From: Clostridia bacterium | GTDB taxonomy: Bacteria > Bacillota > Clostridia > Christensenellales > UBA1242 | DNA length: 64,000 nucleotides | Direction: 5' to 3' | Assembly: GCA_900753315.1 (NCBI GenBank) | Contig: CAADYP010000015.1 | Location: 8,592-72,591, forward strand | In this document: one piece after another, positions 51,355 to 60,266 of the stretch | Position numbering within the stretch: position 1 is the first letter of the stretch | How the letters are laid out: the number at the start of each line of letters is the position of its first letter | Position numbers and translations under genes: made by a program | The notes under the pieces: generated by a model | What the model was told of the DNA's origin: nothing | Databases searched by the model: none | The model's input: the letters and a program-made list of their open reading frames with translations, nothing else

Positions 51355-51556
51355 AATAAAAAACGCCCCAATGCATTTCTGCATTAGGACGAAATAATCT
51401 ATTCCGCGGTGCCACCTAACTTGTCATAAATGACCACTTGTTTTTGTTTTTGCCAAACTCCAAAGTGTCCTTCAATTTGTCTGTCGGACAATTTCCACCA
51501 ACCATTGTCTCTCTGTGCGATTAAAACAAACCTACTTCCTTCTTCAACATTTGAAT
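51355..51556 (-). promoter_or_regulatory. T-box leader (Asp specifier GAC) with terminator
   Basis: On the - strand: AGTA and AGAGA elements, distal hairpin GACAAT-GGTTGGTGGAA-ATTGTC, then cGACaGACa (GAC at 51483-51485). T-box sequence GTTAGGTGGCACCGCG spans 51405-51420. Terminator CCTAATGCA-GAA-ATGCATTGGGG plus a T-run spans 51358-51391. Confidence 0.8.
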
Positions 51557-51562
51557 AGTCAT

Positions 51563-51591
51563 ATTATAAAAGTTTTGGCAAGCATTGTCAA
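51563..51591 (-). promoter_or_regulatory. Sigma-A-type promoter of the T-box/aspS-asnS unit
   Basis: TTGACA (51591-51586), a 17-nt spacer, then TATAAT (51568-51563). Confidence 0.7.
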
Positions 51592-51666
51592 GAAAAATTT
51601 GATAGATTTTCATTATTAAAAATTTTGCCAAAATAAAGCAAAATATCTTTGAAAAGTGTTGCAAAA

Positions 51667-53208
51667 TTAGAGTGGCAAGTCTTTCTTTTCAAACTTTCTT
51701 CCACCAATAACATAACAAATTACACCAACCGCAAGCAAGATTGCGAGTTTCCAAATGAATGTTGTTCCGCCGTCAATAATTGAAACGACATCAAAGAGCG
51801 AGATAATAGAAACATAGTTAAAGAAATTCAATGATTCAAGTCTTACAACTGATGGCAAAACTTTTGAACCAAACAATCCAAGCATTGTTGCAACAAGGAA
51901 GAACATATTAAGTCCACCGCCAATACTCATTGAATATTTACTTCTGTTAAACCAGCAAGAAGCCAAGAACGAAATTCCGCTCATTGCAAACATTGTCATA
52001 AATGCGCCAAAGTTGAGAAGTATAAGTTCACCATAAGTCAAAGCAATGCTTGTTTTGTCAAGGACTGACAAACAAATTACACTTGTGACTGTTGTGCAAC
52101 AGAACATAGCGAAAAGTGAACCAATCAAATATAAGGCTTGTGTTAAAACAACAGTTCTTCTTTTTGTTGAAGTTGACAAAACATACGCCATTGAACCTCT
52201 GTCCACTTGTCCTGCAATAAGGTTGTTTGCAGCCATAATCATATAGATGATAGGAAGCAAAAGCCCAGCCATTTTATAGAAGATAGAACCAACAATCATG
52301 CTATAAAGGTCCATTTCTCCAAGTTCTTTCAAAGAGTTTGCAACATCAGCAGGCAAAGTTGTGAGCAATGTTTTTGTAAGGTCTCCAACGATGCTTGTCG
52401 TTGCTGTTTCAGCATCAATGCCTTGAGAAATTTCATAAGCAAGTCTTGTTTGGAATGTCAAAATTGAAGTGTTTGACAAGTTTTTGATATATTTGTAACC
52501 TGTTTCACCTGTATAACGAGAAACCTGTTTTGTCTCTTCACCTTCAACAACTTCATAAGAAAATGATTTATATTTTTCCATGTCAACATTAAAACTTTTG
52601 AGTTTTGCCAAAATGTTATCAATGTTTGATTGACCAATCATATTTCCAGCCAAAAAGATTGAAGCATTTGTTTGTGCATATTCTGCAATATAGTCACTTC
52701 TGTTGGAAGCGCCAATTGTTGTCAAATCATATCTTGGAGCAGCTTCACCAAGAGCTGTGTAAAACGAGTCAAACTGACCTTCGCCAGTTTGTGTCAATGG
52801 GTTTAAAACATAGAAGATTGCCCCTTGAATTTCTTGACCTTCAACAGAATCAATTTCATATCCTTGTGCTGTGATAACTTGCCCAACATATGCCTGCATT
52901 TTTTGCATTGCATTTGCATAACTTGTTGCGCTGTCATTTCCAGCTAAAGTTTCTTCGACCATATAAGCATCAAATTGAGCCAATGCTTTTTGGTCCATAA
53001 GATAATAATTAAGCCCCCTATCTTTCATGTTTGAGTCGATAGAACTTTCAACAATAGAATCGCTCAAACCATTTTTAAGGTTTGCAATATTTCCGCTTCC
53101 AGAAATAAGCATAACGCATGCGAGCATAAAACAAACGGCGAAAGTAATAATTCCCCACATAATGCCATTTGCTTTGCATGATTGTTTGAATAATGCTTTA
53201 CTAAACAT
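51667..53208 (-). CDS. ABC-2-type transporter permease
   Basis: N-terminal transmembrane segment, a large extracytoplasmic region, and 5-6 C-terminal transmembrane segments. The start overlaps the upstream ATPase gene by 8 nt. Confidence 0.6.
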   Translation of the reverse strand: MFSKALFKQSCKANGIMWGIITFAVCFMLACVMLISGSGNIANLKNGLSDSIVESSIDSNMKDRGLNYYLMDQKALAQFDAYMVEETLAGNDSATSYANAMQKMQAYVGQVITAQGYEIDSVEGQEIQGAIFYVLNPLTQTGEGQFDSFYTALGEAAPRYDLTTIGASNRSDYIAEYAQTNASIFLAGNMIGQSNIDNILAKLKSFNVDMEKYKSFSYEVVEGEETKQVSRYTGETGYKYIKNLSNTSILTFQTRLAYEISQGIDAETATTSIVGDLTKTLLTTLPADVANSLKELGEMDLYSMIVGSIFYKMAGLLLPIIYMIMAANNLIAGQVDRGSMAYVLSTSTKRRTVVLTQALYLIGSLFAMFCCTTVTSVICLSVLDKTSIALTYGELILLNFGAFMTMFAMSGISFLASCWFNRSKYSMSIGGGLNMFFLVATMLGLFGSKVLPSVVRLESLNFFNYVSIISLFDVVSIIDGGTTFIWKLAILLAVGVICYVIGGRKFEKKDLPL

Positions 53209-54112
53209 TTTTTCTTTCCTCCTTTTGTCTCATCATAATCTCTTTGAAATGTTTTTCCAAAGTATATTTAACTTCTGAAATAAACTTCACATCAAACGCT
53301 TTCAAATCGCTGAAAAGCTTGTTTATTTCTACATTTTTGATGTTTACAGTCACTTGGCTGTATTGTTTTTGGTCACGAACAATAGTGTAATCCATTTTTT
53401 TGAATTTTTCGTAATCTTCCACACTGTTAAACTCAATCTTGAAATCCTTGCAGGGACGATTTCTAATTGCATTCATGTCGGCAATGTCAATGATGTGTCC
53501 ATCACTAATAAGTGCAACACGGTCACATGTGTCTTCAATTTCATTGAACATATGACTGCTCATAAAAATTGTTTTTCCCATCTTGTGTTCTTCCTTGATA
53601 ATTTCCAAAAACGAATCTCTCATCAATGGGTCAAGACCTGTGGTTGGTTCGTCCAAAATCAAAATATCTGCATTGTTCATAAGAGCAGCAACAAGTGCTG
53701 TTTTTTGTTTCATGCCTTTGCTCATACGCTTCAAATTCGCTCTAGGGTCAAGTTGAAGACGAGAAACCAGTTTGTTTGCATAACTCATATCTTTAAGGTT
53801 GAAATATTCCGCTTGGCTCTTCAAAAACGCTGTTCCTGTTGGCAAATCTGGAAAAGCAATTTCCCCAGGCACATAACCAATATGTTTTGAAATTTCACTT
53901 GCATTTTCCCAAGATTCCAAACCATTGACATAAACATGTCCGTTTGTTGGTTTAATAAACCCCATCAAACTGCGAATAGTTGTGGTTTTCCCTGAGCCAT
54001 TTGTCCCGACAAATCCAATCATTTCACCTTTTTTGATTGTCAAGTTTATATCAAAAACTCCACGCCCAGAACCATAATCTTTTGTTAAATCTTTTATCTC
54101 AATCATTTCCAT
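53201..54112 (-). CDS. ABC transporter ATP-binding protein
   Basis: Walker A GTNGSGKTT, signature MSKGMKQK, Walker B ILILDEPT. Confidence 0.85.
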   Translation of the reverse strand: MEMIEIKDLTKDYGSGRGVFDINLTIKKGEMIGFVGTNGSGKTTTIRSLMGFIKPTNGHVYVNGLESWENASEISKHIGYVPGEIAFPDLPTGTAFLKSQAEYFNLKDMSYANKLVSRLQLDPRANLKRMSKGMKQKTALVAALMNNADILILDEPTTGLDPLMRDSFLEIIKEEHKMGKTIFMSSHMFNEIEDTCDRVALISDGHIIDIADMNAIRNRPCKDFKIEFNSVEDYEKFKKMDYTIVRDQKQYSQVTVNIKNVEINKLFSDLKAFDVKFISEVKYTLEKHFKEIMMRQKEERKNV

Positions 54113-55053
54113 TATAAAGCACCTCCAAAATCTCTGTCCTCTTTATAGAACTTCATGAAATAATCTTCCAAAGTTTCTTTTTTGTTGCTAAATTCTTTGA
54201 TTGAATATTTTGACAAGGTGTCGATGACTTTGTTTATGTGCTTGTCATTTGTAGAAACAAACACTCCCAATTTTTTGTCATCTTTGTTTATGATTGTCAC
54301 AACTTCTTTGTCAAGACCTTTGCACTCCTTGCAAAATGCTTGATAATCTTCTTTTTTGTCAAAATCAATTTGATAGAATTTTGTTTTAGCATGTTTCAAA
54401 TCATCTGTAACAAACTCTGAAACAATTCTGCCATCTTTGATTATTGCAATTCGGTCACAAGTTGCATCCACCTCCGTGAAAATGTGACTCGAAAGCAAAA
54501 TCGTCTTGCCTTTTTTCTTTTCTTCTTTTATATATTGAATGAAAACTTCTTGCATAACTGGATCAAGTCCGCTTGTAGGTTCGTCCAAAATCAAAACATC
54601 TGGGTCGCTCATAAATGCAGTAACAACCGCAAGTTTTCTTTTTACTCCCAAACTCATTCTTTTGGTTTCGCCCTTAAGTGCGACATCGTCAAGTTCAAAC
54701 AAATCAAGCATTTCTTTCAATTTTTCTTCATTGTGGACATTTTGCATGTCCTGAACCATTCTGATAAATTCCCAACCCGTCAAACCTTGTGGCAATGCTA
54801 TCTCACCAGGTATGTAGCCAACTTTGTTTAACACTTGATAATATTTACCGAATGTTTCTTTGTCCAAAATCTTGGTTTCACCGGCATCTGGCTTTGAAAA
54901 TCCCATCAAATGACGAATTGTTGTTGACTTTCCTGCACCATTTGGACCAAGAAATCCAAATACTTCGCCTTTCTCAATTTTAAATGAAACATCAAAGACT
55001 CCACGCCCAGAACCATAGTCTTTTGTCAAATTGTCGACTTCAATTACGCTCAT
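54112..55053 (-). CDS. ABC transporter ATP-binding protein
   Basis: Walker A GPNGAGKST, signature MSLGVKRK, Walker B VLILDEPT. Confidence 0.85.
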   Translation of the reverse strand: MSVIEVDNLTKDYGSGRGVFDVSFKIEKGEVFGFLGPNGAGKSTTIRHLMGFSKPDAGETKILDKETFGKYYQVLNKVGYIPGEIALPQGLTGWEFIRMVQDMQNVHNEEKLKEMLDLFELDDVALKGETKRMSLGVKRKLAVVTAFMSDPDVLILDEPTSGLDPVMQEVFIQYIKEEKKKGKTILLSSHIFTEVDATCDRIAIIKDGRIVSEFVTDDLKHAKTKFYQIDFDKKEDYQAFCKECKGLDKEVVTIINKDDKKLGVFVSTNDKHINKVIDTLSKYSIKEFSNKKETLEDYFMKFYKEDRDFGGAL

Positions 55054-55160
55054 AATTTCTCCTTTTTTATTTTTTCAACCTTAGACACTTGACTAAAATT
55101 GAACACAGTGATATTATATTAAAATGTAAAGCAAAATTGATATACAACTTATTATACAAG

Positions 55161-55176
55161 TGTGCAAAATTGCACA
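55161..55176. promoter_or_regulatory. Candidate TetR operator (7-2-7 palindrome)
   Basis: tgtgcaa-aa-ttgcaca lies in the divergent intergenic region between the ABC operon and the TetR gene. Confidence 0.4.
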
Positions 55177-55215
55177 TCAATATACAGATTTACATAAAAT
55201 TATAAAGGAGAAAAA

Positions 55216-55743
55216 ATGAAAGCACCATATAGAAATGCAATAAGATCAAAAGAATCAATCAAAAAGGCACTTATTAGCCTTCTTGAACAAAAACAAGACA
55301 TTTCAGAAATCACTGTTTCAGAAATTGTCGAACTCGCTGACGTAAACCGCGGAACATTCTACAACCATTACAACAACATTATGGATGTTGTGGAAGAATT
55401 GGAAAACAACATGCTTGACGGACTCACAAGTTGCTTCAAAGCAACCGCTGCATCAAAAGACAACCGAGGATTTATCAAATCGTTGACAATGTTTTTTAGA
55501 GAAAATGGAGAAGCATGCAGAGCCATCGCAAAAGATTTGTCAAGAAGCGTGTTTGATAGTTTGAAAATCAGATTTTTGATTCAAATGAAAACAATCCAAC
55601 CAAATATTGACGAATTTAAAATGCTCTTTATCATCAACGGGCTTGCAGGCATCTATTTCAATTATTTTGAAAACAGAATCAATCTCTCACTTGATGACAT
55701 TGAAGCTCAAGCCATTGATTTGATTGAAAAAATGGTTAAATAA
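55216..55743 (+). CDS. TetR/AcrR family transcriptional regulator
   Basis: N-terminal HTH ISEITVSEIVELADVNRGTFYNHY. AAAGGAG RBS. Confidence 0.8.
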   Translation: MKAPYRNAIRSKESIKKALISLLEQKQDISEITVSEIVELADVNRGTFYNHYNNIMDVVEELENNMLDGLTSCFKATAASKDNRGFIKSLTMFFRENGEACRAIAKDLSRSVFDSLKIRFLIQMKTIQPNIDEFKMLFIINGLAGIYFNYFENRINLSLDDIEAQAIDLIEKMVK

Positions 55744-55770
55744 ATCTTTAATATAAAATAAAAAGACAAC

Positions 55771-58700
55771 CTATTTGGTTGTCTTTTTATTTTGACTTTT
55801 TGTTTGATTTTGGCTTTCGAGCAATTTCTTTTGTTTTTCAATTTCTTTGACAATAGCACTAGTCACACTGCTTGCGTTGTGCCACCAATCTCTGCTCCAA
55901 ACTCTAAAAATCTTCCAGCCTTTTGACTTCAGGAACTGATTTCTATATACATCTCTTTCAAGAGTTGAAGAAGAACTTGAAATAACAGTTTGATCTGTCT
56001 CGATTCCAAGCAAATAGACATCTTTCTTCTTGTCATAAACAGCAACAGAAATTTTGCTGTTTGAATTTCCGAGATTTATTTCTGCATTATAGCCAAGTTT
56101 TGTCAATTTGTTTTGAATTTGCTTTTCAATAGGCAAAATACCGATTGGTAAAACATTTGTTGATGGGAGTTGGTTGAAACTTGAAAGAATTGAATTAACT
56201 TCGTCAGCGCTTCCGTTTGAAACCGCTCTGACATAAGTCAAATAACTCTTCAAAAGTTTTGGTCCAGCATATTTTGCGTTCTCCACTTTGAGCTCTTCTG
56301 GCTCTATGCTTGTCACAACATAAATCTTTTTCTTTGCACGAGTGATTGCAACATTCAATCTATTTTCTCCACCTTCATTTGAAAGCGACCCAAACGTCGC
56401 ATTAACTTTTCCAAATTCGTTTCTTGCATAGCCTATTGAGAAGATGATAATATCTCTTTCATCACCTTGCACATTTTCAAGGTTCTTGACAAACAAACTC
56501 ATATCTTCACCATCTTCAATTCTGTTTGTTTCTCTGATGTATGCTGATCTAAAACTTTCATCTTTGAAACACTCTTTGTCAAACAAATCTTCAATGGCAA
56601 TTTCTTGGTCAACATTGAATGTAATAATTCCAATTGTTTCATTGTTTTTTCTAGTTTTCAAAATCTGCTTTGTAAGTTCAACAACCGCTTTTGCTTCTTC
56701 CAAATTTTTGCGGTCTCTCCACTTTCCATCAACAAGCACTCTTTCTATAGGCTTATGCTTGATATTTTTTGAAACATTTGGAGCAATTTGAAGTTTCCCT
56801 TCATAAAACGCCATATTTGAAAAATCTATAAGTTCTTCGTTTTGACTTCTATAGTGATATGTAATATTTGCACTGTTAAATCTTGCGACCGCCAAATCAA
56901 GCAAACTCTCTACTTCAAGAGCCGCCTGTGTAGAAAAGTCAACATCGTCATCAATGTTTGCTCCCATATAACGCTTCATAAATGTTGTTGTTGGACGAAG
57001 TTGCTTTGCATCCCCCGCAACTACAATTCGATTTCCTCTAAAAATTGAAGGAATTGTGTTTTCAATAAACACTTGTGATGCTTCATCGAAAAGCACAACA
57101 TCAAACATGTTTTTCTGCAAAGGCAAAATTGTTGAAACATTTTCTGGTGACAAAAGCCAACATGGGAAAAGTTTGAAAATATAGTCGCCATAAATATCCA
57201 TTGTCTTTCTTATTGGCCAGAAATTTTGTTTCTTTGAAATTTGATAAAGGTAGTCTTTGTTTTCTGGTGATCCAACCATCATTTCTTTATATTCTTTCAC
57301 GAAACTTTGAAAAGCAATCTTTCTGCTTATTTCATTCTGTTCGTTTTTCAAATTTACAATTTTTGTCCTGATGTTTTCAAAATCAACAATACTTGCCAAA
57401 ATGTTTTTCTTTTCATTTTCATAAGAAAGAATTTCATGATAAATTCTAAGTGGTAACAACTTCTCCAAAATCTCAATATATTTTGCATAAGTTGTTGCAT
57501 TTTTGTAAGCAAAGTTTAAAACAAATTTTTGATCATCTGTCAAATTTTTTAATGTCATATTGACATCACGTATTTTGATGTAGTTGTTTACAGCAGCGTG
57601 CAAAAGTTTCAAAACACTTGTGTTCCCATTCAAAATGCCGTCAATAGCCATCAAATAGCCTTCATCTGTCAAAATTTCTTTCAAGAAAACATATTCCTGC
57701 AAATATTCGTCCATCGCTTGCATTGTTTTTTCAAACTCTTCTGCGATTTGTTTTTCTCTGCTAGCAACTTTCGCCTTTGCGAATGGATAAAGTGGGAAGA
57801 AAAATACACTGTTTTTCAAAAGTCGATTTTCTTTTTCATAATCCATTTTTGAAATCATTTTAACAAGTGGTTTCATGTCTTTATGTTCTTTTGCTTGTGT
57901 ATAATATGTCAAAATTTGACGACTATATTTATATTTTGCCACATCAAAAAGTTCTTGTCTAGTCTTGCAAAGAGTCCCGAGTTTTGTTTGTGCTTCAGCA
58001 ATTTGATGCACTCCCAAATCGTCTCTCAAATGGTCGATGAATGGGTTTTTCTTTTTGTCCTCAACAAAATCATAATAAAGTTGAGCCTTGTTCTTCTCTT
58101 TCAAAATTGAAAGAGCATCAGAAAGTTGTTCGTAATTCATCTTTAAAACTCTTGGAGTTTCAAGCATCTTTTCATAGATAGAATATTCAACAGTTTTCTT
58201 CCCGATTTTATAAGAATTGTAATACATTTCTTGCAAAGAAAGACCAAATTGTGTTTTTTCTGTTAAACAAGAAGAAATTATGTTAAGTTTTTCGGTTTCA
58301 AGTTTTAAATGTTTTGCAACATCTTCATATTGTTTCTGCAAATCCTCGTTTTCTGCAGAATTGAGAAGTGTGTTGTGCATAGTGAAACATTTGTCATAAA
58401 AGTTTCTCTTTTCCTTTTCCGCATCCGTCAAAAACATTGCTTTGCTGTTGAGTGAGCCAAGACGATTGAAAACAACTTCAAGAGCGGCTTTCTTTTGAGA
58501 AACAACCAAAACTTTCTTGTTTTTACAAATTGCATCAGCAATCACATTGACAATTGTTTGTGATTTTCCTGTTCCTGGTGGTCCATAAATGACCATATTT
58601 CCACTTTCATTGACTTTTCTCACAACTTGTTCTTGTGCGTAATCTACATTGTTGATAAGATATAAATCATGACTCTTTACCGTCTTTTTCTTGTTTTTTT

Positions 58701-59592
58701 GTTGTTTTGTGTTGAGAAGTTCGTTGACTGATTCGTTTGTCAAATGTTTCTTTTCAAGAGCAGAATAGTCCGCATAAATAGAATTTGCCAAACTGCATCT
58801 TGAAAGCAAGCAAAGATATTTGATTTCTGGCGAATCAAACATTCCAGGCTCTCCATAGTGGTCGAATGGGAAAACATTCTTTCTTTTTGGGTTTGAAATT
58901 TTGATACCAAAAGATTTGAGATATTCAAGCAATTTGTCAAGACTTGAAAATCTTGCTCTAAAATTGTCAAATTCCATATCCATATCTTCCAAATTTAAAT
59001 GGTGACTATCAGCAAAAGCAAGCATCAACGCCTTGTTTAACTGGACATTCTCGCCATATTTTAAGGATATAGTCACATTTGAATCATCAATAACATCAAT
59101 CTCCATAGGAAACATCAAAAGTGGTGCACGGAATGTGTAATTTCTTATCGTTCCATACACAAAAGGATAGCAGAGATACAATTCGTATCTGCCTGTCTCT
59201 TTTTCAATTTCATCAATTTCTCTTTTGAGCGTAACCAAAGATTTTGCTTCTTGCTCAACCAATTTTTTTGCACTTTCATTTTTCTGTCTATCATACTTCT
59301 GTTTTTCTTTTTCATCTGCAAATTCTTGTTTAGAAAACTTTTGGTCAAATTTGTTCGCTCTCAAAATTTCTTGTTTTGTTTCTTTCCCAACAATCTTAAA
59401 ATCGACACTTCTCCCATTCCACAAATTGTCCAAAAATTCATTTGCCATATCAGGATTTTGCGCCAAAATTTTGCCAACATCATAACCATTCTTTTTCGTA
59501 AAGTTCTTCAAATAAAGGCTTCTGTTTTTTCCACTAATTTCAATAAGTCTTTCTTTGTAATATGTATATATGCTTTTCAATTTGCCCTCCAA
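55771..59592 (-). CDS. Upf1/DNA2-like SF1B helicase with a long N-terminal region and a C-terminal Vsr/DUF559-like endonuclease domain (Hhe-like architecture)
   Basis: GPPGTGKSQT (I), VLFDEASQ (II), VVAGDAKQLRP (III), NVQGDERDIIIFS (V), RLNVAITRAKKKIYVV (VI). C-terminus LLGIETDQ...ERDVYRNQFLKSKGWKIFRVWSRDW. Confidence 0.75.
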   Translation of the reverse strand: MEGKLKSIYTYYKERLIEISGKNRSLYLKNFTKKNGYDVGKILAQNPDMANEFLDNLWNGRSVDFKIVGKETKQEILRANKFDQKFSKQEFADEKEKQKYDRQKNESAKKLVEQEAKSLVTLKREIDEIEKETGRYELYLCYPFVYGTIRNYTFRAPLLMFPMEIDVIDDSNVTISLKYGENVQLNKALMLAFADSHHLNLEDMDMEFDNFRARFSSLDKLLEYLKSFGIKISNPKRKNVFPFDHYGEPGMFDSPEIKYLCLLSRCSLANSIYADYSALEKKHLTNESVNELLNTKQQKNKKKTVKSHDLYLINNVDYAQEQVVRKVNESGNMVIYGPPGTGKSQTIVNVIADAICKNKKVLVVSQKKAALEVVFNRLGSLNSKAMFLTDAEKEKRNFYDKCFTMHNTLLNSAENEDLQKQYEDVAKHLKLETEKLNIISSCLTEKTQFGLSLQEMYYNSYKIGKKTVEYSIYEKMLETPRVLKMNYEQLSDALSILKEKNKAQLYYDFVEDKKKNPFIDHLRDDLGVHQIAEAQTKLGTLCKTRQELFDVAKYKYSRQILTYYTQAKEHKDMKPLVKMISKMDYEKENRLLKNSVFFFPLYPFAKAKVASREKQIAEEFEKTMQAMDEYLQEYVFLKEILTDEGYLMAIDGILNGNTSVLKLLHAAVNNYIKIRDVNMTLKNLTDDQKFVLNFAYKNATTYAKYIEILEKLLPLRIYHEILSYENEKKNILASIVDFENIRTKIVNLKNEQNEISRKIAFQSFVKEYKEMMVGSPENKDYLYQISKKQNFWPIRKTMDIYGDYIFKLFPCWLLSPENVSTILPLQKNMFDVVLFDEASQVFIENTIPSIFRGNRIVVAGDAKQLRPTTTFMKRYMGANIDDDVDFSTQAALEVESLLDLAVARFNSANITYHYRSQNEELIDFSNMAFYEGKLQIAPNVSKNIKHKPIERVLVDGKWRDRKNLEEAKAVVELTKQILKTRKNNETIGIITFNVDQEIAIEDLFDKECFKDESFRSAYIRETNRIEDGEDMSLFVKNLENVQGDERDIIIFSIGYARNEFGKVNATFGSLSNEGGENRLNVAITRAKKKIYVVTSIEPEELKVENAKYAGPKLLKSYLTYVRAVSNGSADEVNSILSSFNQLPSTNVLPIGILPIEKQIQNKLTKLGYNAEINLGNSNSKISVAVYDKKKDVYLLGIETDQTVISSSSSTLERDVYRNQFLKSKGWKIFRVWSRDWWHNASSVTSAIVKEIEKQKKLLESQNQTKSQNKKTTK

Positions 59593-59905
59593 ACTAGACT
59601 TGCTATTTACTTATAAAGGATACCATATTTTATGTAAAAAATATAACAATTTTTTGAATATTTTAAAAGAAAATTTTCACATTTTCTTCATTTCAAAAAC
59701 TTCTAAAGTTCTATAATCGCCATTTTCGACATTTGAGAAAAAATTGTTGAATTTGTTTTGTATTAGGTTTGTCTATATAATCAGTCATCAATTCAAGAAC
59801 AAGTTTACATTCAAAACTTTTTCACAGCATGCTCCTGTCACAAAAATCATATAATCGTCACAGATCGACAACAAATTATTTTTATAAAAAATTTCAATCA
59901 AACAC

Positions 59906-59934
59906 TTGACATAACATTTTTTTATAGTTATAAT
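59906..59934 (+). promoter_or_regulatory. Sigma-A-type promoter upstream of tRNA-Ile
   Basis: TTGACA (59906-59911), a 17-nt spacer, then TATAAT (59929-59934). Confidence 0.6.
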
Positions 59935-59991
59935 AAAACAGCATTCTAAAAAAAGCTTGGCAAATCCCCGCCAGCTTTGGAATGTTCATGA

Positions 59992-60068
59992 TGGCTTGTA
60001 GCTCAGTCGGTTAGAGCACCACCCTGATAAGGTGGGGGTCGGTGGTTCGAGTCCACTCAAGCCAACCA
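59992..60068 (+). tRNA. tRNA-Ile(GAU)
   Basis: TGGCTTGTAGCTCAGTCGGTTAGAGCACCACCCTGATAAGGTGGGGGTCGGTGGTTCGAGTCCACTCAAGCCAACCA. Cloverleaf folds by hand. Anticodon loop is CTGATAA. CCA is encoded. Confidence 0.9.
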
Positions 60069-60266
60069 GTTGTGTTTTTGGCATACAACATTATCAATAT
60101 GTTGTATGCTTTTTTTGTTGTGTTACTCAAGTCGTCTCAAAAGTTTAGTCAAAAGTTTAGTCAAATTCTCAAAACATCTTTTTTATTTTTGCAATATGAA
60201 TTTGTAGATATTTAAATCTTTATGCTATAATCTAAATAACAAACAAATCAATTTGGGAGCAAAATT

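Noticed and set aside
59941-59991. Long hairpin (cattc...aagcttggc-aaatcccc-gccagcttt...gaatg) between the promoter and tRNA-Ile, considered as a regulatory element.
   Set aside because: It is most simply a precursor-leader processing structure. There is no alternative pairing or terminator T-run to suggest attenuation.
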